NCBI RefSeq assembly: GCF_013122565.1
Contig: NZ_CP053258.1
Reading direction: 5' to 3' (one strand)
Source of the DNA: Escherichia coli
GTDB taxonomy: Bacteria > Pseudomonadota > Gammaproteobacteria > Enterobacterales > Enterobacteriaceae
DNA: 64,000 nt
Shown: positions 22,680 to 33,491 of the stretch, in pieces
Layout: each line of letters begins with the position of its first letter
Numbering within the stretch: position 1 is the stretch's first letter
Notes under the pieces: generated by a model
Databases searched by the model: none
What the model was told of the DNA's origin: nothing
The model's input: only the letters and a program-made list of their open reading frames with translations
Translations under genes and position numbers: made by a program

Positions 22680-23051
22680 ATGAATAAACTGCTTTTACTG
22701 TTGATAATGCTTTATCAACGACATCTTTCTCCTCGCAAAGGATACCGCTGTGCTTACAGTGTGTTGTACCAAACGCAGGGATGTTCGGGAGCAGTCAAAG
22801 AGATTATTCAACAGAAAGGTGTTATTGCAGGCTGGGGCGATATACGTCAGCGTTTTGCAGATTGCCGACTTGCGGCAAAGACAATCAGGCAGAAGCAACA
22901 CCTGAACGAGGTAATACGTAAAAAGAAGAATAATGATTGTGATTGTTCCGGGTGTGATGGTGCGGTCTGTCGTGATTGCGACATTCCGGTGCCGGATCTG
23001 GATTGTTCCTGGGACTGTTCTTCTCTACATTTAAAGCGGTTTTTCCAATAA
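22680..23051 (+). CDS. YidD-like (haemolytic-domain family) small protein with Cys-rich C-terminal region
   Basis: 123-aa ORF, ggag SD 4-9 nt upstream; YQRHLSP, GVIAGWG and DIPVPD motifs parallel YidD YQRLISP / GVIKGSW / DDPVPP; 7 Cys in the last 40 residues. Confidence 0.5.
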   Translation: MNKLLLLLIMLYQRHLSPRKGYRCAYSVLYQTQGCSGAVKEIIQQKGVIAGWGDIRQRFADCRLAAKTIRQKQHLNEVIRKKKNNDCDCSGCDGAVCRDCDIPVPDLDCSWDCSSLHLKRFFQ

Positions 23052-23080
23052 AAAAATCCCCGCCAAATGGCAGGGATCTT
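23049..23080 (-). terminator. cspA rho-independent terminator (probably bidirectional)
   Basis: Hairpin atccccgccaaatggcagggat flanked by A-run on + strand and T-run on - strand; matches the cspA terminator as I recall it. Confidence 0.7.
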
Positions 23081-23104
23081 AGATTCTGTGCTTTTAAGCA
23101 GAGA

Positions 23105-23317
23105 TTACAGGCTGGTTACGTTACCAGCTGCCGGGCCTTTAGCGCCGCTTTCGATGGTGAAGGACACTTTCTGACCTTCGTCCAGAGATTTGTAACCATC
23201 GTTCTGGATAGCAGAGAAGTGTACAAACACGTCTTTAGAGCCATCGTCAGGAGTGATGAAGCCGAAGCCTTTGTCAGCGTTGAACCATTTTACGATACCA
23301 GTCATTTTACCGGACAT
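23105..23317 (-). CDS. cspA: major cold-shock protein CspA
   Basis: 70-aa [73 protein letters not shown], exact CspA. Confidence 0.97.
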
Positions 23318-23476
23318 AGTGTATTACCTTTAATAATTAATTGTGCCTTTCGGCGATATGGCGTGCTTTACAGATTTTTGAAGCGTTAAAGGAAATGCAC
23401 TACGAGGGGTATCAACGATAACTCTTGAAGAGGACTTGCCTTACTACACTGCTTTAATGGTCTGTACGTCAAACCG
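23318..23476 (-). promoter_or_regulatory. cspA long 5' UTR (cold box / RNA thermosensor)
   Basis: Reverse complement begins acggtttgacgtacagacc..., the recalled 5' end of the ~159-nt cspA leader. Confidence 0.7.
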
Positions 23477-23545
23477 TTGATGTGCATTAAGCCACGCATT
23501 GGCGGGTGATGCAACAATTATTTTTCATATTTATGATTAATCGGT
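23477..23545 (-). promoter_or_regulatory. cspA promoter with AT-rich UP element
   Basis: On minus strand ttgcat (-35) and gcttaatg (-10 region) preceded by ataaatatgaaaaataattg. Confidence 0.55.
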
Positions 23546-23598
23546 TGGAAAACGGTCCTGTCATCAGGACCGTAAACAGCAATAAAGTGGATAAAAGT

Positions 23599-23889
23599 CT
23601 ATTCCATCAACTGCTTACTTAATGCCGGGTTGGCTTGAATCAAACGCATCAATTTTAGTTCGGCACTTGAAGGCTTCACGCGTCTGGATTCCCATTCCTT
23701 TACCATGGCGACGGATACGCCCAAAACCCGGGCGAAATCATCGATTTTTAATCCTGTCCCTTTTCGTAACTGCTCAATTTCGGTACAGGACGTTGTTCTG
23801 TGCGTCAGGGTAATTTTCTGCGTTTCATCTTTAAAAACAATCTGTTCCAGGCTGCTCAACAGCTCATGCATTGGATCTTTATATTCCAT
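23599..23889 (-). CDS. yiaG: HTH-type (Xre-like) transcriptional regulator YiaG
   Basis: 96-aa ORF with HTH segment; matches YiaG. Confidence 0.85.
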   Translation of the reverse strand: MEYKDPMHELLSSLEQIVFKDETQKITLTHRTTSCTEIEQLRKGTGLKIDDFARVLGVSVAMVKEWESRRVKPSSAELKLMRLIQANPALSKQLME

Positions 23890-24321
23890 TGAAAACTCCT
23901 CAAATCACACTGCGGGATCGTGAATTGCATCGAAGCTCATTAAGAATAGTCGGGAAAAGCAGACTCAGCGGGTGAAGTCAGGGCATGCTCTGGCTTTGAT
24001 TCGATTCAGCCTGTCATTTAGCGTGACTTATAGCCACCTAACGATCTGATAAATGCCGATATATCTCTTACCACTCCTGTTTTGTAAAGATTTCGAAAAT
24101 CTAACCTTCTGCGAAGGCGTAAATCGCTGGCTACAAAAAAGGCAACGGCAATATCATTTTTTAACAATGAAACAACAAATTAACCTTGTTTCATTTTCTC
24201 CATGATTTTACCAGGAAGATTACGTAGAAAGGGTATCCTGCAAGCCTGTCCTGGACTATCCTTGTCACGTCAGACACGCGTGTGTCGTTGTGCGCTTTTT
24301 TTGGGTGAAAGGAGTAAGAAA

Positions 24322-25032
24322 ATGGCGACAGGAAAGTCCTGCTCTCGCTGGTTTGCGCCTCTTGCGGCGTTATTAATGGTAGTTAGCCTGAGTGGGTGTT
24401 TTGATAAAGAAGGCGATCAGCGTAAAGCGTTTATCGACTTCCTGCAGAATACAGTGATGCGTAGCGGTGAACGTCTACCAACCCTGACTGCCGATCAGAA
24501 AAAACAGTTTGGTCCTTTTGTCTCTGATTACGCGATTCTGTATGGTTATTCTCAGCAGGTGAATCAGGCGATGGATTCCGGTCTGCGCCCGGTCGTAGAC
24601 AGCGTTAACGCAATTCGCGTACCGCAGGATTACGTTACGCAAAGCGGTCCGCTGCGTGAAATGAACGGTTCTCTGGGCGTACTGGCGCAACAGCTGCAAA
24701 ATGCGAAGTTGCAGGCCGATGCTGCGCACTCTGCGCTAAAACAGAGCGATGACCTGAAACCGGTCTTTGATCAGGCATTCACCAAAGTGGTGACGACGCC
24801 AGCTGATGCATTGCAACCGTTGATTCCGGCGGCACAAACTTTCACGCAACAACTGGTGATGGTTGGAGACTACATTGCTCAGCAAGGTACTCAGGTGAGC
24901 TTTGTAGCAAATGGCATCCAGTTCCCGACTTCACAGCAGGCAAGTGAATATAACAAACTGATTGCGCCATTACCGGCACAACATCAGGCGTTTAATCAGG
25001 CCTGGACTACAGCAGTTACTGCAACCCAATAA
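24322..25032 (+). CDS. yiaF: lipoprotein YiaF
   Basis: Start at MATGKSCSRW with ggag SD; signal peptide plus lipobox LSGCF; 236 aa. Confidence 0.8.
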   Translation: MATGKSCSRWFAPLAALLMVVSLSGCFDKEGDQRKAFIDFLQNTVMRSGERLPTLTADQKKQFGPFVSDYAILYGYSQQVNQAMDSGLRPVVDSVNAIRVPQDYVTQSGPLREMNGSLGVLAQQLQNAKLQADAAHSALKQSDDLKPVFDQAFTKVVTTPADALQPLIPAAQTFTQQLVMVGDYIAQQGTQVSFVANGIQFPTSQQASEYNKLIAPLPAQHQAFNQAWTTAVTATQ

Positions 25033-25033
25033 A

Positions 25034-25066
25034 GAGTAAAGCCCGAGCGATTATCGGGCTTTACTC
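25034..25066. terminator. bidirectional terminator between yiaF and ghrB
   Basis: Hairpin gagtaaagcccgagcgattatcgggctttactc. Confidence 0.6.
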
Positions 25067-25080
25067 CACGCAGTCGCGGC

Positions 25081-26055
25081 TTAGTCCGCGACGTGCGGAT
25101 TCACACAGTTCTTCTCAACCTTTCCTTGTAACGCTTCAATCAAATTATCCACGGCACAGGCGGCCATGCCATAACGCGTCTCATGGGTGGCAGATCCAAT
25201 ATGCGGTACTGCGACGACGTTGGCCATTGAGAGCAACGGCGAATCTACGGACAGTGGCTCTTGTTCGAAAACATCCAGCCCGGCGGCGTGAATTTCGCCT
25301 TTCTGCAATGCAGCAATCAGTGCATTTTCATCAACCACCGGGCCACGTCCGGCATTAATGAAAATGGCGGAGGATTTCATTTTGGCGAATTGTTCTGCGC
25401 CAAACAGATGATGCGTCTCATCCGTTAACGGCAGGATCAGGCAAACGAAATCTGACTCTTGTAACAGAGTATCCAAATCGCAGTAGCGGGCGTTGAAGCG
25501 TTCTTCGGCTTCTTTATGGTGGCGGCGCGCGTTATAGAGGATGGGCATGTTGAAGCCAAAGTGCGCACGTTGTGCCAGCGCCATACCGATCCGTCCCATC
25601 CCGACAATGCCCAGTGTTTTATGGTGAACGTCAGTGCCGTACCAGTCCGGGCCTATGCTCGCGGTCCATTCGCCTGCTTTTACCCGTTCTGCTACCTCCA
25701 CAACCCGACGAGCGGTAGACAACACCAACGCCATCAGCGTATCGGCGACGGTTTCTGTTAATATAGTTGGCGTGTGCATCAGCAGAATTTTTCGGGCGGT
25801 AAGCGCATCGACATCAAAATTGTCATAGCCGACGGAGATCGTTGATGTGGCACGCAGTTTAGGCATTTTTTCCAGCAATGCGGCATCAACATTCTCGTTT
25901 GAACCCAGTAAACCTTCAGCTTCTGCAAAAATTGCTGCATTTTGTTCGACGGTGTGTGGGCTGAGGTTTGCCACCTGGTGAACGGTGAAATGCTCTTGCA
26001 GGCGTTGCAGTAAATCATCAGGTAAGGCTTTGTAGAGGATAACGGACGGCTTCAT
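25081..26055 (-). CDS. ghrB: glyoxylate/hydroxypyruvate reductase B (2-ketoaldonate reductase)
   Basis: Start at [15 protein letters not shown]-isomer 2-hydroxyacid dehydrogenase with GxGxxG NAD site; 324 aa. Confidence 0.9.
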   Translation of the reverse strand: MKPSVILYKALPDDLLQRLQEHFTVHQVANLSPHTVEQNAAIFAEAEGLLGSNENVDAALLEKMPKLRATSTISVGYDNFDVDALTARKILLMHTPTILTETVADTLMALVLSTARRVVEVAERVKAGEWTASIGPDWYGTDVHHKTLGIVGMGRIGMALAQRAHFGFNMPILYNARRHHKEAEERFNARYCDLDTLLQESDFVCLILPLTDETHHLFGAEQFAKMKSSAIFINAGRGPVVDENALIAALQKGEIHAAGLDVFEQEPLSVDSPLLSMANVVAVPHIGSATHETRYGMAACAVDNLIEALQGKVEKNCVNPHVAD

Positions 26056-26158
26056 GCTTCTCTCCATTCACAGATAAGGCGATCACCTTAGCCTGAAATA
26101 TGATGAAGGAAAACTGAAGAATGCCAGGTGATTTCTGCATCACCTGGCATGAAAGGAA

Positions 26159-26818
26159 TTACAGCGGGCTTAAGGTAATTTCTACACGGCGGTTTTGCGC
26201 CTTACCTTCTGCGGTGCTGTTGCTGGCGATTGGGTTAGCCGGGCCAAGGCCCTGAGTACGGATGCGGCTGGCGTCCACGCCCTGGGTGATCAACGCGCTG
26301 GCAACGGAATCCGCACGTTGCTGGGAGAGACGCATGTTCAGGTCGTGACCACCCGTGCTGTCGGTATAACCAATCACGTTAACCGCCGTTTTCGGATACT
26401 CTTTCAGTACCATTGCCACGCCGGTCAGGGTGTTAGCGCCCGCCGGTTTCAGGGTCGCGCTGCTGCTGTCGAAGGTCACATTGTTCGGCATATTGAGGAT
26501 AATGTTATCCCCGCTGCGGGTTACGCTAACACCAGTGCCGCGCATTTTGTCACGCAGCTTCGCTTCCTGCACATCCATGTAATAACCCACGCCGCCGCCC
26601 AGAGCTGCACCTGCTGCTGCGCCAATCAGCGCGCCTTTACCGCGATCTTTCTTCGAAGAAGAGAGCGCACCAATACCCGCGCCCACGAGAGAGCCCAGAC
26701 CTGCGCCAATAGCAGATTTACCTGCTTCGCGTTCACCGGTGTAAGGGTTAGTTGTGCAGCCAGATACCGCCAGAGCGCCACTCACTACGGCGGCAATAAG
26801 ATAAACACGTTTCTTCAT
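26159..26818 (-). CDS. yiaD: OmpA-domain outer membrane lipoprotein YiaD
   Basis: 219-aa ORF with lipobox VSGCT, Gly-rich linker and C-terminal OmpA-like domain. Confidence 0.85.
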   Translation of the reverse strand: MKKRVYLIAAVVSGALAVSGCTTNPYTGEREAGKSAIGAGLGSLVGAGIGALSSSKKDRGKGALIGAAAGAALGGGVGYYMDVQEAKLRDKMRGTGVSVTRSGDNIILNMPNNVTFDSSSATLKPAGANTLTGVAMVLKEYPKTAVNVIGYTDSTGGHDLNMRLSQQRADSVASALITQGVDASRIRTQGLGPANPIASNSTAEGKAQNRRVEITLSPL

Positions 26819-26970
26819 TGTTAATCCTTAATAACCTTTTTATTCTTTGCCACGGGTTCCGTGGCGGCAGATTATGCCGCGTGAACATGAAGATTATTCC
26901 TGGGAATACTCGGAAATTTGTAAGTAATATTTAACTGCTCAATACATCTAACCTTTCAGGAGTCTTCGGT

Positions 26971-29304
26971 TTGGCCAACTCATCCTCACGATATTCCGTT
27001 CTGACTGCCGCCCACTGGGGGCCCATGCTGGTTGAAACCGACGGCGAAACCGTGTTTAGCTCACGTGGCGCGTTAGCCACAGGAATGGAAAATTCCTTGC
27101 AGAGCGCGGTTCGCGACCAGGTTCACAGCAATACGCGGGTACGATTTCCAATGGTGCGCAAAGGCTTTCTCGCGTCACCGGAAAACCCGCAAGGCATTCC
27201 TGGGCAGGATGAATTTGTTCGCGTGAGTTGGGATGAGGCGCTGGATCTTATTCACCAACAACATAAACGCATTCGTGAGGCTTATGGTCCGGCATCGATT
27301 TTTGCTGGTTCCTACGGCTGGCGTTCAAACGGCGTGCTGCATAAGGCCTCGACATTATTACAACGCTATATGGCGCTGGCAGGCGGTTATACCGGGCATC
27401 TGGGGGATTATTCGACCGGTGCGGCACAGGCGATCATGCCGTATGTCGTGGGTGGCAGCGAAGTTTATCAACAGCAAACCAGTTGGCCGCTGGTGCTGGA
27501 ACATAGCGATGTCGTGGTGTTGTGGAGTGCTAACCCACTCAATACGCTGAAAATTGCGTGGAATGCATCTGATGAGCAGGGGCTTTCTTACTTTTCCGCA
27601 CTGCGTGACAGCGGGAAAAAGCTGATCTGCATTGATCCAATGCGATCGGAAACCGTCGATTTCTTTGGCGATAAAATGGAGTGGGTGGCACCGCACATGG
27701 GCACCGATGTTGCGCTGATGCTGGGGATCGCCCATACGCTGGTGGAAAATGGTTGGCACGACGAAGCGTTTCTGGCGCGTTGCACCACGGGTTATGCCGT
27801 CTTCGCCTCTTATTTGCTGGGCGAGTGTGATGGAATAGCGAAAAACGCCGAATGGGCGGCAGGGATTTGTGGGGTTAACGCAGAGAAAATCCGCGAGCTG
27901 GCGGCTCTTTTCCACCAAAACACGACCATGCTGATGGCTGGCTGGGGAATGCAGCGCCAACAGTTTGGTGAGCAAAAACACTGGATGATCGTCACGCTGG
28001 CGGCAATGTTGGGGCAAATCGGCACACCCGGCGGCGGTTTTGGTCTTTCTTATCATTTTGCCAATGGTGGTAACCCCACGCGGCGTTCTGCAGTGCTCTC
28101 TTCCATGCAGGGCAGCTTGCCTGGCGGCACCGATGCGGTAGATAAAATCCCTGTTGCCCGCATTGTTGAAGCACTGGAAAACCCTGGTGGCGCATATCAA
28201 CACAACGGTATGAACCGACATTTCCCGGATATTCGTTTTATCTGGTGGGCGGGCGGTGCCAACTTTACTCATCATCAGGATACCAATCGCCTGATCCGTG
28301 CCTGGCAAAAACCGGAACTGGTGGTTATCTCCGAATGCTTCTGGACGGCGGCGGCAAAACACGCGGATATCGTTCTGCCTGCGACCACCTCGTTTGAGCG
28401 TAATGATCTCACCATGACCGGTGATTACAGTAATCAGCATCTGGTGCCGATGAAGCAAGTGGTGCCGCCACGCTATGAAGCGCGTAATGATTTTGATGTT
28501 TTTGCCGAGTTAAGTGAACGCTGGGAGAAGGGCGGTTATGCACGTTTTACGGAAGGAAAAAGTGAGCTGCAATGGCTGGAAACGTTTTATAACGTTGCCC
28601 GGCAGCGCGGGGCAAGCCTGCAGATTGAATTGCCGCCATTTACGGAGTTCTGGCAAGCCAACCAGTTAATTGAGATGCCGGAAAACCCGGACAGCGAGCG
28701 GTTTATTCGCTTCGCTGATTTTTGCCGGGATCCGCAGGCGCATCCATTAAAAACTGCCAGCGGTAAGATTGAAATCTTCTCGCAGCGTATTGCCGATTAC
28801 GCTTATCCGGATTGCCCGGGGCATCCAATGTGGCTGGAGCCGGACGAATGGCAGGGCAATGCCGAACCGGAACAGTTGCAGGTACTTTCTGCTCATCCGG
28901 CGCATCGTCTGCACAGCCAGCTGAATTACAGTTCTCTGCGCGAATTGTACGCGGTGGCAAATCGTGAGCCTGTCACCATTCATCCTGACGATGCCCAGGC
29001 GCGCGGCATACAAGATGGCGATACTGTTCGGCTGTGGAACTCACGCGGGCAAATTCTTGCCGGAGCGGTCATTAGTGAGGGAATTAAACCTGGCGTGATT
29101 TGCATTCACGAAGGGGCATGGCCGGATCTGGATTTAACCGCTGACGGTATTTGTAAAAACGGCGCAGTGAACGTGCTGACCAAAGATCTCCCCAGCTCGC
29201 GGCTGGGGAATGGCTGTGCGGGTAATACGGCGCTGGCATGGCTGGAAAAATACAACGGTCCGGAACTGACACTTACAGCGTTTGAACCACCGGCCAGCTC
29301 ATAA
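26971..29304 (+). CDS. bisC: biotin sulfoxide reductase (molybdopterin oxidoreductase)
   Basis: 777-aa ORF matching BisC; 3' end overlaps convergent yiaC by 32 nt. Confidence 0.9.
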   Translation: MANSSSRYSVLTAAHWGPMLVETDGETVFSSRGALATGMENSLQSAVRDQVHSNTRVRFPMVRKGFLASPENPQGIPGQDEFVRVSWDEALDLIHQQHKRIREAYGPASIFAGSYGWRSNGVLHKASTLLQRYMALAGGYTGHLGDYSTGAAQAIMPYVVGGSEVYQQQTSWPLVLEHSDVVVLWSANPLNTLKIAWNASDEQGLSYFSALRDSGKKLICIDPMRSETVDFFGDKMEWVAPHMGTDVALMLGIAHTLVENGWHDEAFLARCTTGYAVFASYLLGECDGIAKNAEWAAGICGVNAEKIRELAALFHQNTTMLMAGWGMQRQQFGEQKHWMIVTLAAMLGQIGTPGGGFGLSYHFANGGNPTRRSAVLSSMQGSLPGGTDAVDKIPVARIVEALENPGGAYQHNGMNRHFPDIRFIWWAGGANFTHHQDTNRLIRAWQKPELVVISECFWTAAAKHADIVLPATTSFERNDLTMTGDYSNQHLVPMKQVVPPRYEARNDFDVFAELSERWEKGGYARFTEGKSELQWLETFYNVARQRGASLQIELPPFTEFWQANQLIEMPENPDSERFIRFADFCRDPQAHPLKTASGKIEIFSQRIADYAYPDCPGHPMWLEPDEWQGNAEPEQLQVLSAHPAHRLHSQLNYSSLRELYAVANREPVTIHPDDAQARGIQDGDTVRLWNSRGQILAGAVISEGIKPGVICIHEGAWPDLDLTADGICKNGAVNVLTKDLPSSRLGNGCAGNTALAWLEKYNGPELTLTAFEPPASS

Positions 29305-29713
29305 TCCAGGTGGGTAGTTGGGTTTCATCCTGCCATGCACAATCGACAATGTGAAAACCCTGCGCCTGGTAAAAATCTATCGCCGGTTGATTTTTTTGAT
29401 AAACCTCCAGCATCAGATGGGGATGGCGCTGCTGCACATACTGCATCAGCGCCTTACCAATACCGCGCCTGACGGCCTTCGGTGCGACAAACATCGCTGC
29501 CAGAAATCGGCCTTCCATAATGCTGACAAAACCGAGAAGCTTACCGTCTTCTTCCCAGACCCAGTTTTGCGCGTTGGCAAGATAGGCATCCCGCACCAGT
29601 GGAATGCAATCGCGCCAGTAATGCGCTTTTATAAAGGGATGCCCCCAGGTTGTACTTTCCAGCCACAGTTCGAGGATCGCGGGGAGTTCTGAACGTTGCG
29701 CTTCCCGAATCAT
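29273..29713 (-). CDS. yiaC: GNAT-family N-acetyltransferase YiaC
   Basis: 146-aa ORF with GNAT core ([11 protein letters not shown]); overlaps tag stop by 4 nt. Confidence 0.85.
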   Translation of the reverse strand: MIREAQRSELPAILELWLESTTWGHPFIKAHYWRDCIPLVRDAYLANAQNWVWEEDGKLLGFVSIMEGRFLAAMFVAPKAVRRGIGKALMQYVQQRHPHLMLEVYQKNQPAIDFYQAQGFHIVDCAWQDETQLPTWIMSWPVVQTL

Positions 29714-30273
29714 GGTTTATTTCCCGGATAGCAACAGCAGCCAACCACATGATCATTCACCAGCCCACATGCCTGCATAAAGGAGTAACAGATTGTGGTA
29801 CCGACAAACTTAAAACCACGTTTTTTCAGTGCCTTAGATAGGGCGTCGGAGGCGGGCGTAGATGTGGGGATTTCGCTCAATGTTGTGGCTTGTGTCACCT
29901 GTGGCTGATGATTTACGAACGACCAGACAAAGTCGGCAAATGGTTCGCCGTTCCGTTCCATTTGCAGGTACGCCCGCGCATTACCAATAATTGCCTGAAT
30001 TTTCCCTCGATGGCGGATAATCCCGGCGTCCTGTACCAGTCTTTCGACATCCTCTTCCTGCATTGCTGCGACCTTCACCGGATCGAACTGATGAAAGCTG
30101 GCGCGATAGTTTTCGCGTTTTTTGAGAACGGTGATCCACGATAACCCAGCCTGCTGCCCTTCAAGGCAGATCATTTCGAACAGTTTTTTACTGTCAGTTT
30201 CAGGCACGCCCCATTCATTATCATGGTAGGCAATATAAAGCGGGTCCTGACTCACCCAGCCGCAACGTTCCAT
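29710..30273 (-). CDS. tag: DNA-3-methyladenine glycosylase I
   Basis: Start at MERCGWVSQDPLYIAYHDNEWGVP (codon 37 of track ORF 29710-30381); 187 aa. Confidence 0.9.
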   Translation of the reverse strand: MERCGWVSQDPLYIAYHDNEWGVPETDSKKLFEMICLEGQQAGLSWITVLKKRENYRASFHQFDPVKVAAMQEEDVERLVQDAGIIRHRGKIQAIIGNARAYLQMERNGEPFADFVWSFVNHQPQVTQATTLSEIPTSTPASDALSKALKKRGFKFVGTTICYSFMQACGLVNDHVVGCCCYPGNKP

Positions 30274-30429
30274 ACTTTCCCTCGCTATGTACCCGATCGT
30301 AAAAATTTCAGCCGCTTTTCTTGACGCATCGGTGAAAAAGTCAATATTTAATACAGGGCTACTATGCCCGATATCCTTCATACAATGACAATAATATTGC
30401 CGAATTCGGCTCTCCCTGGAGTCGTGTTA

Positions 30430-31128
30430 ATGATCATAAAAAAAAGCGGTGGTCGCTGGCAGCTAAGCCTGCTGGCGAGTGTGGTAATCAGTGCCTTTTT
30501 TCTCAACACAGCTTACGCCTGGCAACAAGAATATATCGTTGATACGCAACCCGGACATTCCACAGAGCGTTACACCTGGGATAGTGATCATCAACCTGAT
30601 TACAACGATATTTTGTCGCAACGTATTCAAAGTAGCCAAAGGGCGCTGGGACTGGAAGTCAATCTGGCGGAAGAAACCCCTGTGGATGTGACCAGCAGTA
30701 TGAGTATGGGCTGGAATTTTCCTTTATATGAGCAGGTTACAACCGGCCCGGTCGCGGCATTACATTACGATGGCACAACCACCTCGATGTATAACGAGTT
30801 TGGAGACAGTACTACCACGCTGACCGATCCGTTATGGCATGCCAGCGTGAGTACCTTAGGCTGGCGTGTTGACTCCCGGCTTGGCGATCTCCGTCCCTGG
30901 GCGCAAATTAGCTATAACCAGCAATTTGGCGAGAATATCTGGAAGGCGCAATCAGGCCTGAGCCGGATGACGGCGACAAACCAGAACGGCAACTGGCTGG
31001 ATGTCACCGTCGGCGCTGATATGTTGCTCAATCAAAATATTGCCGCCTATGCCGCGCTAACTCAGGCAGAAAATACCACTAACAATAGCGACTATCTGTA
31101 TACGATGGGGGTTAGTGCCAGATTTTAA
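30430..31128 (+). CDS. yhjY: uncharacterised outer-membrane-type protein YhjY
   Basis: Start at MIIKKSGGRWQLSLLASVV signal peptide; 232 aa; terminal F, consistent with beta-barrel. Confidence 0.75.
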   Translation: MIIKKSGGRWQLSLLASVVISAFFLNTAYAWQQEYIVDTQPGHSTERYTWDSDHQPDYNDILSQRIQSSQRALGLEVNLAEETPVDVTSSMSMGWNFPLYEQVTTGPVAALHYDGTTTSMYNEFGDSTTTLTDPLWHASVSTLGWRVDSRLGDLRPWAQISYNQQFGENIWKAQSGLSRMTATNQNGNWLDVTVGADMLLNQNIAAYAALTQAENTTNNSDYLYTMGVSARF

Positions 31129-31356
31129 CGTAACAATCACAATTGAAACCATTGAATAACAATAGTTATGGCGATAGTGGGTGCTAACTTACCAAATAAT
31201 AAATTTGGTGAATAATTGTCGCGTCATTCATTCCTGAACTAAGGCATTTCATTCCGTTCTGATGGCATTTCATGCCGTTTTTCCCCAGGCATAAAGTGCA
31301 CTTCGTTATGGTTGTCGGCAGAGATTTTTCCTTTTTATTACTGCAGGAATACTGCC

Positions 31357-32559
31357 ATGACACCTTCAAATTATCAGCGTACCCGCTGGCTGACACTCAT
31401 CGGTACTATCATTACCCAGTTTGCGCTGGGGTCGGTTTATACCTGGAGCCTGTTTAATGGCGCGCTTTCCGCCAAGCTGGATGCGCCGGTAAGCCAGGTC
31501 GCTTTCTCTTTCGGCTTGTTAAGTCTGGGGCTGGCAATTTCATCTTCTGTTGCGGGCAAATTACAGGAGCGTTTTGGCGTTAAACGCGTCACCATGGCTT
31601 CCGGCATTTTGCTGGGATTAGGCTTCTTCCTGACCGCGCATTCTGACAACCTGATGATGCTGTGGTTAAGCGCCGGTGTACTGGTCGGTCTGGCAGATGG
31701 CGCGGGTTACCTGCTGACGCTCTCTAACTGCGTGAAGTGGTTCCCGGAGCGTAAAGGTCTGATCTCCGCGTTCGCTATCGGTTCTTATGGTCTGGGTAGC
31801 CTGGGTTTCAAATTTATCGACACGCAGCTGCTGGAAACGGTCGGTCTGGAAAAAACCTTTGTGATTTGGGGAGCGATTGCGCTGGTGATGATTGTTTTCG
31901 GCGCAACGTTAATGAAAGACGCACCAAAACAGGAAGTGAAAACCAGCAATGGTGTGGTGGAGAAAGATTACACGCTGGCAGAGTCGATGCGTAAACCGCA
32001 GTATTGGATGTTAGCGGTAATGTTCCTGACCGCCTGCATGAGCGGCCTGTATGTGATTGGGGTAGCGAAAGATATCGCCCAAAGTCTGGCACACCTTGAT
32101 GTGGTTTCCGCAGCCAATGCAGTAACGGTTATTTCCATCGCTAACCTTTCAGGTCGTCTGGTGCTGGGCATTCTGTCTGACAAAATCGCCCGTATCCGTG
32201 TTATCACCATTGGTCAGGTGATTTCGCTGGTGGGTATGGCGGCCCTGCTGTTTGCACCATTAAATGCCGTGACGTTCTTTGCAGCGATTGCCTGCGTGGC
32301 ATTTAACTTTGGCGGCACTATTACCGTCTTTCCGTCACTGGTCAGTGAGTTCTTCGGCCTCAATAACCTGGCGAAAAACTACGGTGTGATTTACCTCGGT
32401 TTCGGTATCGGTAGCATTTGTGGTTCGATTATCGCCTCACTGTTTGGCGGCTTCTATGTGACCTTCTACGTGATTTTCGCCCTGCTGATTCTGTCATTGG
32501 CGCTTTCTACGACGATTCGTCAGCCAGAACAGAAAATGTTGCGTGAGGCGCATATTTAG
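31357..32559 (+). CDS. yhjX: MFS transporter YhjX (pyruvate-inducible)
   Basis: Start at MTPSNYQRTRW (codon 16 of track ORF 31312-32559); 12-TM MFS protein. Confidence 0.85.
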   Translation: MTPSNYQRTRWLTLIGTIITQFALGSVYTWSLFNGALSAKLDAPVSQVAFSFGLLSLGLAISSSVAGKLQERFGVKRVTMASGILLGLGFFLTAHSDNLMMLWLSAGVLVGLADGAGYLLTLSNCVKWFPERKGLISAFAIGSYGLGSLGFKFIDTQLLETVGLEKTFVIWGAIALVMIVFGATLMKDAPKQEVKTSNGVVEKDYTLAESMRKPQYWMLAVMFLTACMSGLYVIGVAKDIAQSLAHLDVVSAANAVTVISIANLSGRLVLGILSDKIARIRVITIGQVISLVGMAALLFAPLNAVTFFAAIACVAFNFGGTITVFPSLVSEFFGLNNLAKNYGVIYLGFGIGSICGSIIASLFGGFYVTFYVIFALLILSLALSTTIRQPEQKMLREAHI

Positions 32560-32589
32560 AAATATGGCGCTACTAAAATAAATGCGATG

Positions 32590-32617
32590 AGGGAGACTTC
32601 AAAGTCTCCTTTTTTAT
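32590..32617 (+). terminator. yhjX rho-independent terminator
   Basis: Hairpin ggagacttcaaagtctcc followed by a T-run. Confidence 0.7.
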
Positions 32618-32880
32618 GGACACATATTAAAAGAATAATATTATTCACGCATCAAATATATTTCATTTATTCATATATTACATAAATATAAATATATTCC
32701 TAAAAAAATGATCTCAGGAAGCGTTTCTATGTGCAATTAATTGAAGTTGAAGTACATTTTCACTTATTGCAAAAATTAATATTCAGTAAAAACAATTTTC
32801 TTTTATAGCACCATTTGTATAATCTGCGCCCTGTTGTATGAACAACATCAAGCATATTTATCTATATAAATGGAGTTTTA

Positions 32881-33408
32881 ATGAAAAAGGTTTTCTTTGC
32901 CTTATCTGCGCTTGCGCTGACCTCTACTTCCGTATTCGCAGCTGATGCGGGCGACGGTACTATCAAATTTACCGGTGAGATTGTTGATGCCGCTTGTGTT
33001 GTCTCTCCGGACTCTCAAAAACAAGAAGTTGTTCTGGGCCAGGTGAACAAGTCTGTGTTTACTGCTACCGGTGATAAATCCCCAGCAACGCCGTTCAAAA
33101 TCAAACTGGAAAACTGCGATATCTCCTCCACTGCCAAAAACGTGGAGATCAGCTTTAGCGGCGTTGGTGCTGCAGGCAACGAGGCACTGGTTTCTGTAAG
33201 CACAGAACCAGGTGCTGCAACTGGCGTTGGTATCGGTATTTATGATAACACCAATACGCTGGTTGACCTGAATACCGGTAAATCGGCTACCCTTCTGAAA
33301 GACGGCCAGACCGTTCTGTATTTCACCGCTAACTATGTCTCTATCAGCGATGTAGTAACCACGGGTTACGGTAACGCTGAAGTCGACTTCAACCTGACTT
33401 ACAACTAA
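32881..33408 (+). CDS. lpfA: long polar fimbriae major subunit
   Basis: 175-aa ORF with signal peptide and fimbrial-subunit C-terminus; closely resembles LpfA as I recall it. Confidence 0.85.
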   Translation: MKKVFFALSALALTSTSVFAADAGDGTIKFTGEIVDAACVVSPDSQKQEVVLGQVNKSVFTATGDKSPATPFKIKLENCDISSTAKNVEISFSGVGAAGNEALVSVSTEPGAATGVGIGIYDNTNTLVDLNTGKSATLLKDGQTVLYFTANYVSISDVVTTGYGNAEVDFNLTYN

Positions 33409-33491
33409 TCGATCCTGACGGGGCGATCATCTCTCAATGGCAACAGATTATCTGTTGCCATTATTCACACCAATGACTCAGGGACCGAATC

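Noticed and set aside
27358-28458. 366-aa minus-strand ORF inside bisC
   Set aside because: Antisense to an intact 777-aa BisC frame; no start context; low-complexity R/H/G-rich translation.
29273-29304. 32-nt 3' overlap of convergent bisC and yiaC
   Set aside because: Short convergent overlap between two recognised genes; nothing suggests a separate element, though I cannot confirm it is identical in reference strains.
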